DNA of 64,000 nucleotides, taken from contig OX597821.1 in the NCBI GenBank assembly GCA_951406725.2, positions 6,076,001-6,140,000 of the forward strand. The letters are read 5' to 3'. The stretch is from Octopus vulgaris (lineage: Eukaryota). Within the stretch, counting starts at the first letter, position 1. Every line of letters starts with the position of its first letter. A program made the position numbers and the translations under genes. Of this stretch, positions 13,994-27,321 are shown piece after piece. The notes beneath the pieces are model-generated. The model did not search any database. It had not been told where the DNA came from and saw only the letters and a program-made list of their open reading frames with translations.

Positions 13994-14454
13994 AGAAAGT
14001 AAAGAATTCATGAGATTCTTTGTTAACCACTACAATCGTTTCAACCCATTGTGCATAGGTGCCTCGCAGGTTAGATGCTCTATAAACAGATATGATGCAT
14101 CATTGGTGCAGATGTGTCTCATCAGGAATTTTCAAAGTAGATCCAGTGGCATTTACATCCATACTGTTGATGACATCAGGTAGTTGAATACTGTAAACAG
14201 GTTTTAAACAGCATACTACTAAATGTATACCCAAATTTTAAATTATGATATGTATCATCATCATCATCATCATTTAGCGTCCGTTTTCCATGCTAGCATG
14301 GGTTGGACGGTTCAACTGGGGTCTGTGAAGCCGGAAGGCTTCATCAGGCCCAGTCAGATCTGGCCGTGTTTCTACGGCTGGATGCCCTTCCTAATGCCAA
14401 CCACTCCATGAGTGTAGTGGGTGCTTTTTACATGCCACCTGCACAGGTGTCAGA

Positions 14455-14665
14455 CAGAGCTGGCAAACGGCCACAAACGGATGGTGCTATTTACGTGCCA
14501 CCGGCACGGGGGCCAGGCGAGGCTGGCAACGGACACGAACGGATGGTGCTTTTACGTACCACCGGCACGGGAGCCAGGCGAGGCTGGCAACGGACACGAA
14601 CGGATAGTGCTTTTACGTGCCACCGGCACGGGGGCCAGGCACGGCTGGCAACGGACACGAACGGA
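14455..14665. repeat. About 60-bp tandem repeat (about 3.5 units) inside an RTE 3' UTR
   Basis: ggtgcttttacgtgccaccggcacgggggccaggcgaggctggcaacggacacgaacggat repeated. Confidence 0.85.
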
Positions 14666-16427
14666 TATATACACACACAGGTGAGTACATAACTGTAAAA
14701 CAAATGGGAAAAATAGTACTCTAATACCAAAGGTAAATTAATATACTTTTAATTAATGCTGCAAAATTATCACAGAACTCAGACAGCTGTGTTCAGCTAG
14801 TCCCAACCATATGGTCTCACCTTTGGGAAAATATGTGTTAGTGACAAACTAGCATCACACTCATACAAGCAGTGTGTTTCATTTCCAATCTTCCCTGAAA
14901 ACATGTCTGGCCAAGGATGGGAGATGTGGGAGAAAAATCACCTTTCTTGGTTACAGGTGAGGGTTGGCATCAGGAAGAAGAGACAATCTGCCTCAACATA
15001 TTCCATCTGAGCCAAAAAAAAAGCATGGAAAACTGGATATTAAACAATGATGATAATGATGGTGGTGGTGATGATGATGATGCCCTTCTAATCACTTAAC
15101 CATTTTAATAACTTTTCGCAAAGCACAGAGATACCCTGTGCCCATTCTAAAACTGGGATACATACCAAATACAGTGAAAATAGCAGAAATAATTTATGGT
15201 AGCTAATTTCAGAAGCGAGAGTAGTAGCAGACTTTCTGCAGTGTAGCAATTTGCAATCTATTACCATCACAACAACCATGATGACAAATCAATAACTGGT
15301 TTTGCTAAGCTAGCACGGTTTGGTCAGAGAGTTATGTAAAGCAATGCTTTGCAGCTGGATGCTCTTCCAGTCCCAACCCTTATCTGTTTCTCATGTACAA
15401 TTTTTACTGTTTTTATGTTTTGTTTTTATATATATTCAACTGGTCTTCGAAAGCACAGAGCGACCAGTTGAAATGTCAACAAGGAATGTAAACATCATAT
15501 ACCTGTTTCACTCATATGGTAACAGGCAAAGCTTTAAAAAGTCAACATACACTCACACAGATAATATATATAGATAGATAGATACACACACACACACAAT
15601 CTTTTACTTGTTTCAATCATTTGACTGCGGCCATGCTGGAGCACTGCCTTTTGTTATATATATATATAGATTTTTTTTTTTTCTGTCTGACAAATTTCTA
15701 ATAGGAAATTCCTTACATGCTTATCTAACATGTAAATCTTTGTAATTCTTATTAGCCTATGAAACATGTGTAATGGAGAATAAATACCAAAAAATTTCCA
15801 TTTTCCTGTTTTGTTATACAATAATTCTACAAATAATATTTCCATAATTCTCAATTTGAATATGGACTTTAACAAACGGAAGTAACTAGGGATAACTATT
15901 GATTGTAATAATGGAATAAGCAGATGTGCTTCAAGAGGCAACAGCTGGGATTTATGCTACCAATATAATATATATATATCGGTTAAATACAATGAGACAA
16001 CAAAGCCAAGGCAGTGTAAAATTTCTAGGACATTTTATAAAGAGAAGGGTTGTCTTACAGCTGTTTCAGGGATATAAAAGATATCTCATCAACAGATGAG
16101 AGAGTTAAACAGAAGGAAATATCAGAGTTCAATATAAGTTATTTTAGAAAGGGAGAGATTTAGGAAGTATAAAGAGAAATATGAGAATGAAAAGATATAT
16201 ATGTTGGATGTTAAATTTGCTATTCCATTATCCAAGGAATGTGTTGTGTAGAATGGATAAAAAGGTTTCTTGTCCATGGTATGTAAGTTCCAATAGGAGT
16301 TTATATTTTGTTATTATAAATGGATAGTACGCAGGTATTAATTTCATGTAGTGTTCATTCAAAGGGATCTTGTAAGGCATCTGTTTAGCAATGGATCACC
16401 AAAAAGGAAAACTACAATTGTCATTAA

Positions 16428-16547
16428 ATATGACAGAGGGTGTTAGAACACCTACAATGCTAGAAATAAGAGCTAAAGTGCTGCAGCATCAGAGCACTTT
16501 AGCTCTTATTTCTAGCATTCTAGGTGTTCTAACACCCTCAGTCATAT
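16428..16547. repeat. Hairpin-forming palindrome, 55-bp arms, 10-nt loop, 2 mismatches
   Basis: 16428-16482 versus 16493-16547, read directly. Confidence 0.9.
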
Positions 16548-16554
16548 ATACATA

Positions 16555-16818
16555 TAAGGTCTGATCACTAAGTATCCAGACTGTTGCTATAGTAACAAAA
16601 CTAAAGCACTCAGAGTAAAGCCACTTGGCACAGATTGACCTTAATCTCTTCTGTGCATATGCACTAAGTTTTAATGTTCTAGCTCACTTCCACTGCTTAC
16701 AGCAATGCTTGGAAGAAAGGTGTGTAACATGTGATCATCACAATGACCATGACAGAAGTTGAGCAGAGTTGAGCACAAAATTTTGCCAAAAGCTTGGTGA
16801 TACCTGCTCAGAGGCTTA
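16555..16818 (+). mobile_element. mariner 5' fragment (TIR + transposase start), truncated by a SINE
   Basis: TA-aggtctgatcactaagtatccagact is a mariner-like terminus. MTEVEQ...KFCQKLGDTCSEAY resembles the mariner N-terminal EQR..IKFC.KLG. Confidence 0.6.
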
Positions 16819-17806
16819 TCTCTTTTTTCTCTTTTACTCTCTTTTACTTGTTTCAGTCATTTGACTGTGGCCATGCTGGAGCACCGTCTTTAGTCGAGCA
16901 AATCGACCCCGGGACTTATTCTTTGTAAGCCCAGTACTTATTCTATTGGTCTCTTTTGCCGAACCGCTAAGTGATGGAGACGTAAACACACCAGCATCGG
17001 TTGTCAAGCAATGCTAGGGAGACAAATACAAACACATACACACACATACATATATATATATATATACATATATACGACAGGCTTCTTTCAGTTTCCGTCT
17101 ACCAAATCCACTCACAAGGCCTTGGTCGGCCCGGGGCTATAGCAGAAGACACTTGCCCAAGATGCCACGCAGTGGGACTGAACCCGGAACCATGTGGCTG
17201 GTTAGCAAGCTACTTACCACACAGCCACTCCTGCGCCTATGTATATAAAAAGCTTTCAGTTTCCATTGACCAAATCCATTCGCAAGTCTTTGGTCAGCCC
17301 AGGACTATAATTAAAGCCAAGGTGCCATGTAGTAGGATTGAACCAGAAACCATGTAGTTGGGAAGCAAACTCATCACACAGCCACACCTGTGCCCAACAA
17401 TCTGATGTACATGCCAATGGCATGTAAAAAGCACCATTCGAGTGTGGTCAATGCCAGTGCCGCCTGACTGGCCCCCAAGCTGGTCACACGTAAAAAGTAC
17501 ACACTACACTCTCGGAGTGGTTGGCGTTAGGAAGGGCATCCAACTGTAGAAACCATGCCAGATCAGATTGGAGCCTGGTGCAGCCTCCTGGCTTGCCAGT
17601 CCTCAGTCAAGCTGTCCAACCCATGCCAGCATGGAAAACAGACTTTAAATGAGGATGATGATTCACTGCGCATCGGTCAGTCAAAGACACAGTAGAGGAT
17701 ACTTGGTCAAGATGTTGAACATCAGAACTGAACCCAAAACCAATTGGGTGCACAGCAAACACCTTAATACCATACAGCCACTCTCTGTCTGTCTGTCTGT
17801 CTGTCT

Positions 17807-17849
<43 letters not shown>

Positions 17850-18600
17850 CATGCTGTTTCTAGACCTACATTCATGAATTAACTATGCCACAGCTAATAC
17901 TGAATGAATGGAAACTTCCCACTGTTACAGCTGACAATTTTTGCATTTCATAGAATACAACTTAATTATCGGTTCATAAATGAAATAATTTTAATATGCA
18001 TTTCTCCTTTATATGGAAATTGTACGAACCAATAATTAATCTGCTGATACAGTTAATCAGTTAATTACCTAACTAGATCACCGTCATGACCATCACTTCA
18101 ATGTCCACTTTTCCATGCTTGCATGGCCCAGGTGGAACTTATTGAAGCAGACTTTCTACAGCCAGATGCCTTTCCTATTAAAAAAAAGATAAAGATACTT
18201 TCTTGAGTCATGTTGGCTTATAAGGGCTAGTTTCCTGGTTCCCATAGTATATGAAGTCCCTATCTGGATGGGATGCTGGCCCATCGCAGGATTACTCATT
18301 TTTGCCAGCTGTGTGGAGTGGAGCAACATGAAATGAAGTGTTCTGTTCAAGAACACAACGTGTCTCCCATCTTGGAATTGAAACTACAATCTTACAATTA
18401 TGAGTCCAACACCCTAACCACTAAGCCACGTACCTCCACTACTTTTCCAATTGCCAACTTTTACCCATTTCCAAACAAGATGATATTTGTCCCATGGCCT
18501 GACATGATTTTGTAGAATATTGGAAATGAATGACACTGCATGTATGACAGTGACACTCATTTACAACCATCATATGTCAAGACACAAAAGCACACACACA

Positions 18601-19345
18601 CATCATCATCATCATCATCGTTTAACGTCTGTTCTCCATGCTAGTATGGGTTGGACGGTTCGACCGGGGATCTGGGAAGCCAGAAGGCTGCACCAGGCTC
18701 CAGTCTTATCTGGCAATGTTTCTACAGCTGGATGCCCTTCCTAACGCCAACCACTCCGTGAGTGTAGTGGGTGCTTTTTATGTGCCACCTGCACTGGTGC
18801 CAGGCGAGGCTGGCATCGGCCACGGTCGGATCGGTGCTTTTTACGTGCCACCGACACGGAAGCCAGTCGAGGCGGCGCTGGCATCGGCCACAATTTGGAT
18901 AGTGCTTTTTACGTATCTCCAGTCCAGGGGTCCTGGCATCTGCCGGGTGCCAGTCATAGGATTGGTTCAATTTCAATTCCAATTTCACTTGCCCCAACAG
19001 GTCTTCGCAAGCAAAGGGGTGTTGGCATAGGTGCCTGTCGTCGGATGAGGTTCGATATCGACTTCGCTTGCCTCAACAGGTCTTTGTGTGTCCAAGAGAG
19101 GAAAGGCATGCATAAGTGGGCTGGACTCACTTGTCCTGCCTGGTCTTTTCACACACAGCATATTTCCAAAGGTCTCGGTCGCTGGTCATTTCCTCAGTGA
19201 AACCTAAAGTTCGAAGGTCGTGCTTCACCACCTCGTCCCAAGTTTTCCTGGGTCTACCTCTTCCACGGGTTCCCTCCACTGCTAGGGATTGGCACTTTTT
19301 CACACACCTATCTTCATCCATTCTCGCTACATGACCATACCAGTG
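18601..19345 (-). mobile_element. RTE-clade LINE 3' end (ORF2 C-terminus + 3' UTR + (GAT)n tail)
   Basis: WYGHVARMDEDRCVKKCQSLAVEGTRGRGRPRKTWDEVVKHDLRTLG...W is contiguous with the very abundant repeat ggttggcgttaggaagggcatccagc...gacgttaaacgatgatg. Other copies of this 3' UTR lie at about 2455-2660, 5950-6155, 9650-9932, 12290-12465, 14255-14670, 17420-17660, 24570-25068, 28123-28400, 32040-32380, 51453-51615 and 52540-53410. Confidence 0.85.
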
Positions 19346-19867
19346 CATCGTTTCTCTTGCATTTAAATATAATACATTTAAATATAATATATAATGCAAA
19401 CAGGAAAAATACAACTCAAAATAAAAGTATATTTATATATATAAGTGTCTGTGAGTTTCGAGGGATATATTATCCGGGTGGATACCGTAGTGGCTCTCAC
19501 TTAAGTTCCAGTTAATGGCTAACCACTTCAATCAGTATTTAACTTCTGCGACTACAATTTGTTGCTAGTCACTCCATGAATTCTTCCGATGGGTAATTCC
19601 ATGTATGCTTCACTGGATGGTAAACAATTGTCCAGAGTATACATAATTGATAATAATAATGATTTCAAATTTTTGCCACAAGGGCAGCTTGGAGGAAGGG
19701 ATTAAGTCAATTACACTGACTCCAGTGTATAACTGGTACTTATTTAATTGACCCCGAAAGGATGAAAGGCAAAGTCAACCTCAGCAGAATTTGAACTCAG
19801 AACATAGTGGCAAAAATACCACTAAGCATTTTGCCTAGCATGCCAACAATTCTGGCAGCTCACCTCC

Positions 19868-19911
<44 letters not shown>

Positions 19912-20265
19912 CCTTTCTACTGGAAACACAAGGCCTCAAATTTGGGGGAAGGAATTAAGTCGATTACATTGACCCCAATGCATAACTGGTATTTATTTAA
20001 ATGACCCCAAAAAGATGAAAGACAAAAGTCAACCTCAGCAGAATTTGAACTCAGAATGTAGCGGCAGACAAAATACAGCTAAGCATTTTGCCTGGCATAC
20101 TAAAAACTCTGCCAGCTCATGGAGTCTTTATAGCTTTAATAAAAAAAAGCATATTAATCTACCTTCAGCATTAGAGTACTATTTTTTCCACCTTGACTTG
20201 CATTTATGTGCTTACTCATGTATATTATAGATGAATATATATATATATATATATATGTATATATC

Positions 20266-20297
<32 letters not shown>

Positions 20298-21363
20298 CTA
20301 GCTGAAGGTGACCCGCTCTACGCACGGGTAAGAGTGTGGTTGTTACTTTCTGTTGCTTCCTTTCAGCACGTAAAAAGCACCATCCGAATGTGGCCGATTG
20401 CAGCGCCGCCTTGACTGGCTTCTGTGCCAGTGGCACATAAAAAGCACCAACCGATCGTTGCCGCTGCGAGCCCTCCTGGCACCTGTCCCGGCAGCACGAA
20501 AAAAGCACCCACTACACTCACAGAGTGGTTGGCGTTAGGAAGGTCATCCACCTGTAGAAACACTGCTAGATCAGACTGGAGCCTGGTGCAGCCTCCTGGC
20601 TTCCCAGACCCCGGTCAAACTGTCCAACCCGTGCTAGCACGGAAAACGGACGTTAAACGATGATGATGATGATGATTCTCCCTCTTTGTTTCTCTCTCCT
20701 TTCTCTCTCACTTTCCCACTCTCTGACTTTTCTTTTCTCTCGGATTCTCCCTCGCTTTTTCTTAATCTCTATCTTTATCTATCTCTCTCCCATTTATAAA
20801 CAACAAAAGATCTTGAGTAAGTTGAGAAATAAAATATTTAGAAAGATCAATCATAAATATCAGGCAGTGGCAACGGAAAGGTCTGCTTCAAGGCAGACAG
20901 CAAAACGCAAACATTTAAAAGGGACAGACAAACTTGCGAGCTGAATAAAAACAATAAAATATTGGATTTCAAAGTTTGAAGGGATAGAATCTGAGGATAG
21001 TAGAGTCACCATGGCTGGTATTTCTTAACAACGGACAGCAACGTATTGACAGTTTAACGGCTGGCGTAAAATTTTGAACTTGATGTAAAAGAAAATTCGT
21101 AAACACCAAGTTTTGAAGTGGTTCTTTCTCATGACGGTAGACTCACCATGGCAAGCATTCAAAACTTCTTCATCATGGACGGCAACACATTGACGATTAA
21201 AAGGCTGGCGCAAATTTTTTTAGCTTGATATAAAAGAGAATTCCTAAACACTCGCTCCTTTAAATTTTAATCCCCTTCCAGCCCCATTTAGACCCCTTTT
21301 CACATTTTGGTTAATATAACCCGATTTCATTCGGGTCTACTGGGGCCACATTTTATAAGAGGA
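20298..21363 (-). mobile_element. Non-autonomous Helitron, interrupted by an RTE 3'-UTR repeat (about 20360-20675)
   Basis: The minus-strand 3' end has hairpin acccg(tgcgtagag)cgggt a few nt before terminal CTAG, followed by T. The 5' end is TC(C)TCTTATAAAA. There is an internal diverged tandem duplication (about 21001-21108 / 21138-21252). Confidence 0.7.
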
Positions 21364-21490
21364 GGAATTTTGTCCTAGAGGTGACGTCTTTCATTTGAGG
21401 AAAATAATAGTTGCCATGCAAACTTGCCAGCACTTTTAACATAGGTGTGCATATTTTCAGCTGAACTGACCGACCACATAATGCACACAT

Positions 21491-21557
<67 letters not shown>

Positions 21558-21871
21558 ACGCATTATATATTCAAATGTATACAAATTATATATATATATA
21601 TATATGTATAAATTAAATTAGAGATAAAACCACTAATAGGCAAATCAAACAGTGAAAAACCAAAAACAAAAACATAAAAATAAAAATATAATATAGAAAA
21701 TATAAAATTGAAAAATTTAAATTATTTAAATTTAAAATAAAAATTATTAAATTATATTTATAATTTGTTTAAAAATATATATAACTATCAAAAAGTATTA
21801 AAAAGTTTAATATACATAAATACAGATATATACACTTTGTATATATACATTATATACATATTTATATATAG

Positions 21872-21917
<46 letters not shown>

Positions 21918-21949
21918 AATGAACGCAAGAAATATCTGATTCATAATAT

Positions 21950-22298
21950 TTGTTCTCATGATTGTGTGTTGTTTGTGGTGATGATAATTCTCTCTATGAA
22001 TGCAGACAGCGAGATAAAGAACGCCATTTGACGAACTTATAAAGGGAAAATGAAGGGGAGTTGGGGGGAATGGAGGAAATAGCGTGAGTGAGGAAGACAG
22101 ATACATTAAAGAATGGGAGTGGACTTGTCAAAGTGGGTTTTTGGCCCTAGCAATGACACCTTTTAAAATAGGGATTTCTAACGTAGCCCACGGGCATCGT
22201 CACCTCATTTTACATATCCCTGTAAATTTTGGAGTCAATCCGACGGGATGTAGTGACCTTGAAAGCGATCCAAACGCATTTCAGTCTTATATATAGAT
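21950..22298 (-). mobile_element. Helitron-like 5' fragment
   Basis: The minus strand starts aTCTATATATAAgactgaaatg and includes cggattgactccaaaattt, typical of Helitron-type non-autonomous repeats. The other end was not resolved. Confidence 0.4.
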
Positions 22299-22457
22299 AT
22301 ATAATATATATATATCATCATCATCATCATCATCATCATTTAACATATATATATATATATAATATAAAAAATATATATATGCATGTGTGTGTGTATGTGT
22401 ATGTATGTATGTATGTATATATATACAATGCATATATGGGTACATATATGGTATATG

Positions 22458-22795
22458 TGAAGGCGCATGGCTCAGTGGTTAGAGCATCAAGATTACAATC
22501 GTGAGGTTGTGAGTTCGAATCCCGGACCGGGCTGCGTGTTGTGTTCTTGAGCAAGACACTTTATTTCACGTTGCTCCATTTCACTCAGCTGTAGAAATGA
22601 GTTGCAATGTCACAGGTGCCAAGCTGTATCGGCCCCTTTCCCTTTCCCTTGGATAACACTGGTGGCACGGAGAGAGGAGGCCGGTATGAAAGGGCGACTG
22701 CTGGTCTTCCATAAACAAGCTTGCCCGGACTTGTGCCTGAGAGGGTAACTTTCTAGGTGCAATCCCATGGTCATTCATGACCGAAGGGAGTCTCA
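22458..22795 (+). mobile_element. tRNA-derived SINE family D
   Basis: A-box tggctcagtggttagagc, B-box gagttcgaatccc, then ttgtgttcttgagcaagacact. Copies at about 13168-13505, 31483-31835 and 55816-56150. Confidence 0.8.
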
Positions 22796-23903
22796 GCATA
22801 AGGGTACAGGACATCACCAGGCAGTAAACAACATGAAATACGAAAGCAAATGAGTTCAATATGCAAACAATGAGAGAAACAAAGGAAAACAGGACAAGTA
22901 ACATAAAGAACGATGCTTCATCAGTTGTCGGTGCTCTATCTACTCCTCATTTCGAGCATATATATATATATATATTTTTTCTCTTTTACTTGTTTCAGTC
23001 ATTTGACTGCAGCCATGCTGGAGCACCGCATTTAGTCGAGCAACTTATTCTTTGGAAGCCTAATACTGATTCTATCGGTCCCTTTTGCCAAACCGCTAAG
23101 TTACAAGGATGTAAACACCACCATCGGTTGTCAAGCGATATTGGGAGGACAAACACAGACACACATACATATATATATACATATATACGACAGGCTTCTT
23201 TCAGTTTCCGTCTACCAAATCCACTCACAAGGCTTTGCCCAAGGTGCCACGCAGTGGGAATGAACCTGGAACCATGTGGTTGGTAAGCAAGCTACTTACC
23301 ACACAGCCACTCCTGCACCTATATATATACTTTTTGCAATTAATAAAGGGTAGATGTTACACTGTGAGTCAAGGGCTGGGAGCTTTGTATGCTGGCGCTT
23401 ACCAATTACATGAAACTCTCAGCCCTTCGGTTACTTTGGAATTTCTGCCAATTATTAATTAAAAAAAAACATATATACTTACATTTCTGTATTTGTTTTG
23501 TAAAATTACTGATGAGAAATTGTGTGTTGAAACATTGTTACATTTAGGGATGATCATGTGTTTTTGTTTTATTTTTTTGTTTGTCTATATACTAAACAGA
23601 ACAGGAGGAGACACATAAGGATGGGGAGTCGCTGAAGAGGTCACAGGATGTGACAAAAGATTTCAGACAAAGGACACTAAAGTAATAATAATAATAATAA
23701 TGAAACTGAAGTGAAGACCAAGTATATAATGCATGTGGTTAACTGATGAATAAAATATGACCATCCCTAAATATAATATATATATATATATATAACAAAG
23801 ATGGAAAAATTCAACTGTTACTAATATATAAATTATTAAATATAGAATAGCAGTCATTGCACCACATTTCTCACCTCAATGTTTCACAAATATGGGAGTA
23901 AAA

Positions 23904-23949
<46 letters not shown>

Positions 23950-23988
23950 CAAAAAAAGATAATAGTGAAGAATCTGGCTCAAGCTTAC

Positions 23989-24190
23989 ATTTTCAACAGG
24001 TCCGTGGTTCTTGTTTTCGAACATATGTTCTGTGTTTTGAATGATGAGTTTGATGAGATGGAAATTGGTTTCAATGCAGTTGCGAACTTTGCCAAGATGG
24101 TCGCGGAAGTTTGGTATAATTGACCGATGATGATCTGGTAATTCATCATAGTACCGTTCTGTGTTGCGTATGCGGTTCAGGGAATACAAC
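23989..24190 (-). CDS. CARNMT1: Carnosine N-methyltransferase-like gene, coding exon 2 ((R)LYSLNRIRNTERYYDELPDHHRSIIPNFRDHLGKVRNCIETNFHLIKLIIQNTEHMFENKNHGPVEN)
   Basis: Acceptor ttctcgtctttcAG|G and donor AAT|GTAAGC. 202 nt = 1 nt + 67 codons, completing the split AG/G Arg codon. The peptide resembles recalled CARNMT1 segments (LP..Q..LLP.F..HL.KIR.CI..N...HMFENK). Lies inside ORF 23884..24333. Confidence 0.9.
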
Positions 24191-25068
24191 CTGAAAGACG
24201 AGAACAAAACACCATCAGACAATTTTTCTTTTATTAAAACATCAATCTGGTGTAAATAACAGCTTATAAAACTAATATTTATATTCAAAAGCAATATTTC
24301 TTCAGCTTTCTCAGCCATATTTATAAAATACAACCAACAAAATTACACATAGATATATATTCTAAATGGTTGATATGGAAGACAGAGCATACTGGAAACT
24401 TTATTTATCGCAATGATCATTTCAGCATACTTCTATACTGCACCCTCGTTGGTGGGTAATGATATAATGAAATTGAATTCACCCCACAATGCACACACCT
24501 ATTAATACCTCACCAGGGGACATAATAGGCTTTGAAGTTATAAAATTTACATCATATATATATATATATTCATTTAGCATCCCATGTCCATGCTGGCAAA
24601 GGTTGGACAGTTTGACCAGGTTTGACCAAGCCGGAAGGCTGCACCAAAGCCCAATCTGATTTGGCAAGGCTTCTACAGCTGGATGCCCTTTCTAACACCA
24701 ACAGCTCCAAGAGTGTAATGGGCACTTTTACATGCCACCAGCATGGGTGCTATTTGCATGACACCAGTATCTGCCACAACTGCAATTTTATTTAGCTTGA
24801 TGGAACATCGTTTCAAGCATGATATAATGCCAATGGTTTCAGTCATTGCCTTTGTGAGGCCCAACACTCAAAAGGAGCTTTTCACATGCTACCAGCAGCA
24901 GCCACTTTGCCTCCATGAGGCTCAACGCTCAAAAGGTGCTTTTTACATGCCACCAGCACCATTGCCAGTTATGTGACACCAGCATCAGCCACAACTACCG
25001 CTTGACGAGTCTTCTCGAGCACAACACATCACCAAAGGTCTCAGTCACTAGTCACTGCCTCTGTGAGG

Positions 25069-25483
25069 CATCGTGAAGTATATTTGCCACTTAAATGTGG
25101 CTAACCCTTAAGGGTGGATGCTACTGTAGCTTGTAGCCCCAAGAGAACACCTCCTCCAGCTGGCTATTGACACACTTTCTGTGCCCTATCAGTATTTGCA
25201 AAAAGAAGCCATCCTTCCCATCTTCAACCTGACATGATACACACAGACTTGACAACCGTAGATTGTCACACACTGATGGACAGGTCAATACCCAGAAACT
25301 CGAGTCTGTGTGTGTCATGTCAGGTTGAAGACGGGAAGGATGGCTTCCCTTTACAAATACTGATAGGTCACAGAAAGTGTGTCAATAGACAGCTGGAGGA
25401 GGTGTCCTCCTGGGGCTACAAGCTACAGTAGCATCCACCCTTAAGGGTTAGCCACATTTAAGTAGCAAATATACTTCATGATG
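25069..25483. repeat. Long inverted repeat (about 184-bp arms, about 46-nt spacer) containing a hammerhead-like motif
   Basis: 25069-25252 is the near-perfect reverse complement of about 25300-25483. The near-identical opposite-strand ORFs 25121..25318(-) and 25234..25431(+) reflect this. Confidence 0.9.
25267..25312 (+). ncRNA. Hammerhead-like motif (variant core CTGATGG)
   Basis: cacaca-CTGATGG-acaggtcaataccca-GAAA-ctcgag-TC-tgtgtg: 6-bp stem I and palindromic CTCGAG stem III; stem II is weak. Confidence 0.6.
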
Positions 25484-26624
25484 TCATGCAGCTACTGTTT
25501 ATACCTCATTCAGAGATTTATTATTGTTGATATATATATATATATACACACACGTAAATGTAGAGCATTGGAATGAGTGCTCCACACTGCACTGGCTTGA
25601 CGAGTCTTCTCAAGCACAACACATCACCACAGGTCTCAGTCACTAGTCACTGCCTCTATGAGGCCCAAAGTTCAAAGATCATATTTCACAACCTCGTCCC
25701 ATGTCTTCCTAGGTCTACATCTACCACAGGTTCCCTTTACAGTCAGAGATCTGCACTTTTTTACACAGCTGTCCTTGTCCATTTGCATTACATGACCATA
25801 CCAAAACAAGTCTGCCCAAAGGGAAAACACTAATTTGCATAGAAACAGACAAGGATTGGCAACAGGAAGAGCATCCAGTCATCAAAAATCTGCCCAGACG
25901 GATTTCATCTGATCCACACTCAAGAATGCAAAACAAAAAAAAAAAACTAAATGTTAACACAAGGACAGCAAAGATATCAGCTTCCCGTTTTACCAATCTC
26001 CCAAGTAATCAATTTAGAATAATGAGACAGCTTCAGTTTTACACATAGTATTAACTATGAAATCTGTTTCATAAGCATATTAACAATAACGAACTAGTTC
26101 ATGTAGTCACAACATTGTTGCATAAAACTAATTGGGCTATCTGCCCATTTGTTTCTATGGATTTTCAATACGTGATGACAAAAAGTAATGAATTTTCATC
26201 CTCGTTATCTGATGAGATAACTTTGATTTTTCTTTTTACCTTTTTAGTTTTTCGTTTTTAACAAAAACCTAAAAATTGCTAATTATATTTTTGTGTTTGA
26301 AGTATATAGAAGCTGTTATGCGTTTGTTGTATTAAAGGTAAACCATTTTACAAACCAGGGTGGATAAGTGTGTATGTGGGTGCGTGTGTCTTTGTATACT
26401 TTTATTCTCTTGTTTCAATCATCTGACTGCGGCCATACAGGAGCACTGCCTTCAGTCGAACAAATCAACCTCAGGACTTCCTCTTTGTAAACCTAGTACT
26501 TATTCTATTGGTCTCTTTTGCCAAACCACTAAGTTATGGGGACGTAAACACACCAGCATCAGTTATCAGGCGAAGCTGGGGGGACACAGACTCACACACA
26601 TACATACATACATAAATATATGTG

Positions 26625-26808
26625 TATCTTTTATATAAAATCTGTTCTGTCTGTCTGTCTGTGTGTGTGGCTTCTAGGATCTCGGGCATCCTCCATCCGA
26701 TTGTGCTCAAATTTGATATGTAGATACTGACGGTATCAGGGCGTGTATAAGTCTTGAAAAAAATACAAAAATCGATTCCAGGTGAGAATGCGATTGATAA
26801 AGCCATGG
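26625..26808 (+). mobile_element. Helitron/HINE-like fragment
   Basis: tcttttatataaaa, (CTGT)n, then ccgattgtgctcaaatttgatatg. Confidence 0.45.
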
Positions 26809-27321
26809 GAAATAATTTTTCTTTGGAATAGAAAAAAGTCTATCTTTATTTCTTCTTTTGCTGCCGTCTCAAATTTAGATTAAATCAGTGTTTCTCAAAG
26901 GGGAGGCCTATGGGATGGTCAGACAAGTTATTTTGAGAAAATTTGGTTTAAATGTTTGACAACTCAGCACCGTCCATTGGACGGGGGGCGTTTTGCTCGT
27001 GTGTGTATATATATATATATATATAACAGTCTAGCTAGGTGTAAAATGGGTGGAAACAGCTGTCATTTATTTGTATAAAATATTTCAACTGAATTGAATT
27101 AACAATTGTTCAATTTATTATTTTGCTTTTCCACTTCTGATTTATACATATATATATATATATACATAAATATAAGAGAGTGACCACTATATGGTCGACT
27201 CTAGCGCTAAAAATAGATCCGCTATGGTATTAGCCACTAAAAATTGTTTCCAAGGAGAATCAACACAACATTTAACGTAAACAAGCAGGGCAAGTATAAA
27301 ATAACAAAAATATAGATTAAC

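Noticed and set aside
22458-22532. tRNA gene candidates (also 33885-33955 and 3700-3775)
   Set aside because: A and B boxes are present, but acceptor stems are not complementary and each continues into a multi-copy SINE body.
23483-23508. Possible micro-exon (cag|...|gtaagt) on the minus strand
   Set aside because: Begins with an in-frame TAA after the phase-0 donor; the region looks like a decayed CTGATGA...GAAA remnant without convincing stems.
23884-24333. Whole 149-aa ORF as a single-exon gene
   Set aside because: Only 23989-24190 is bounded by splice sites and protein-like; the flanks are intronic and run into (TA)n.
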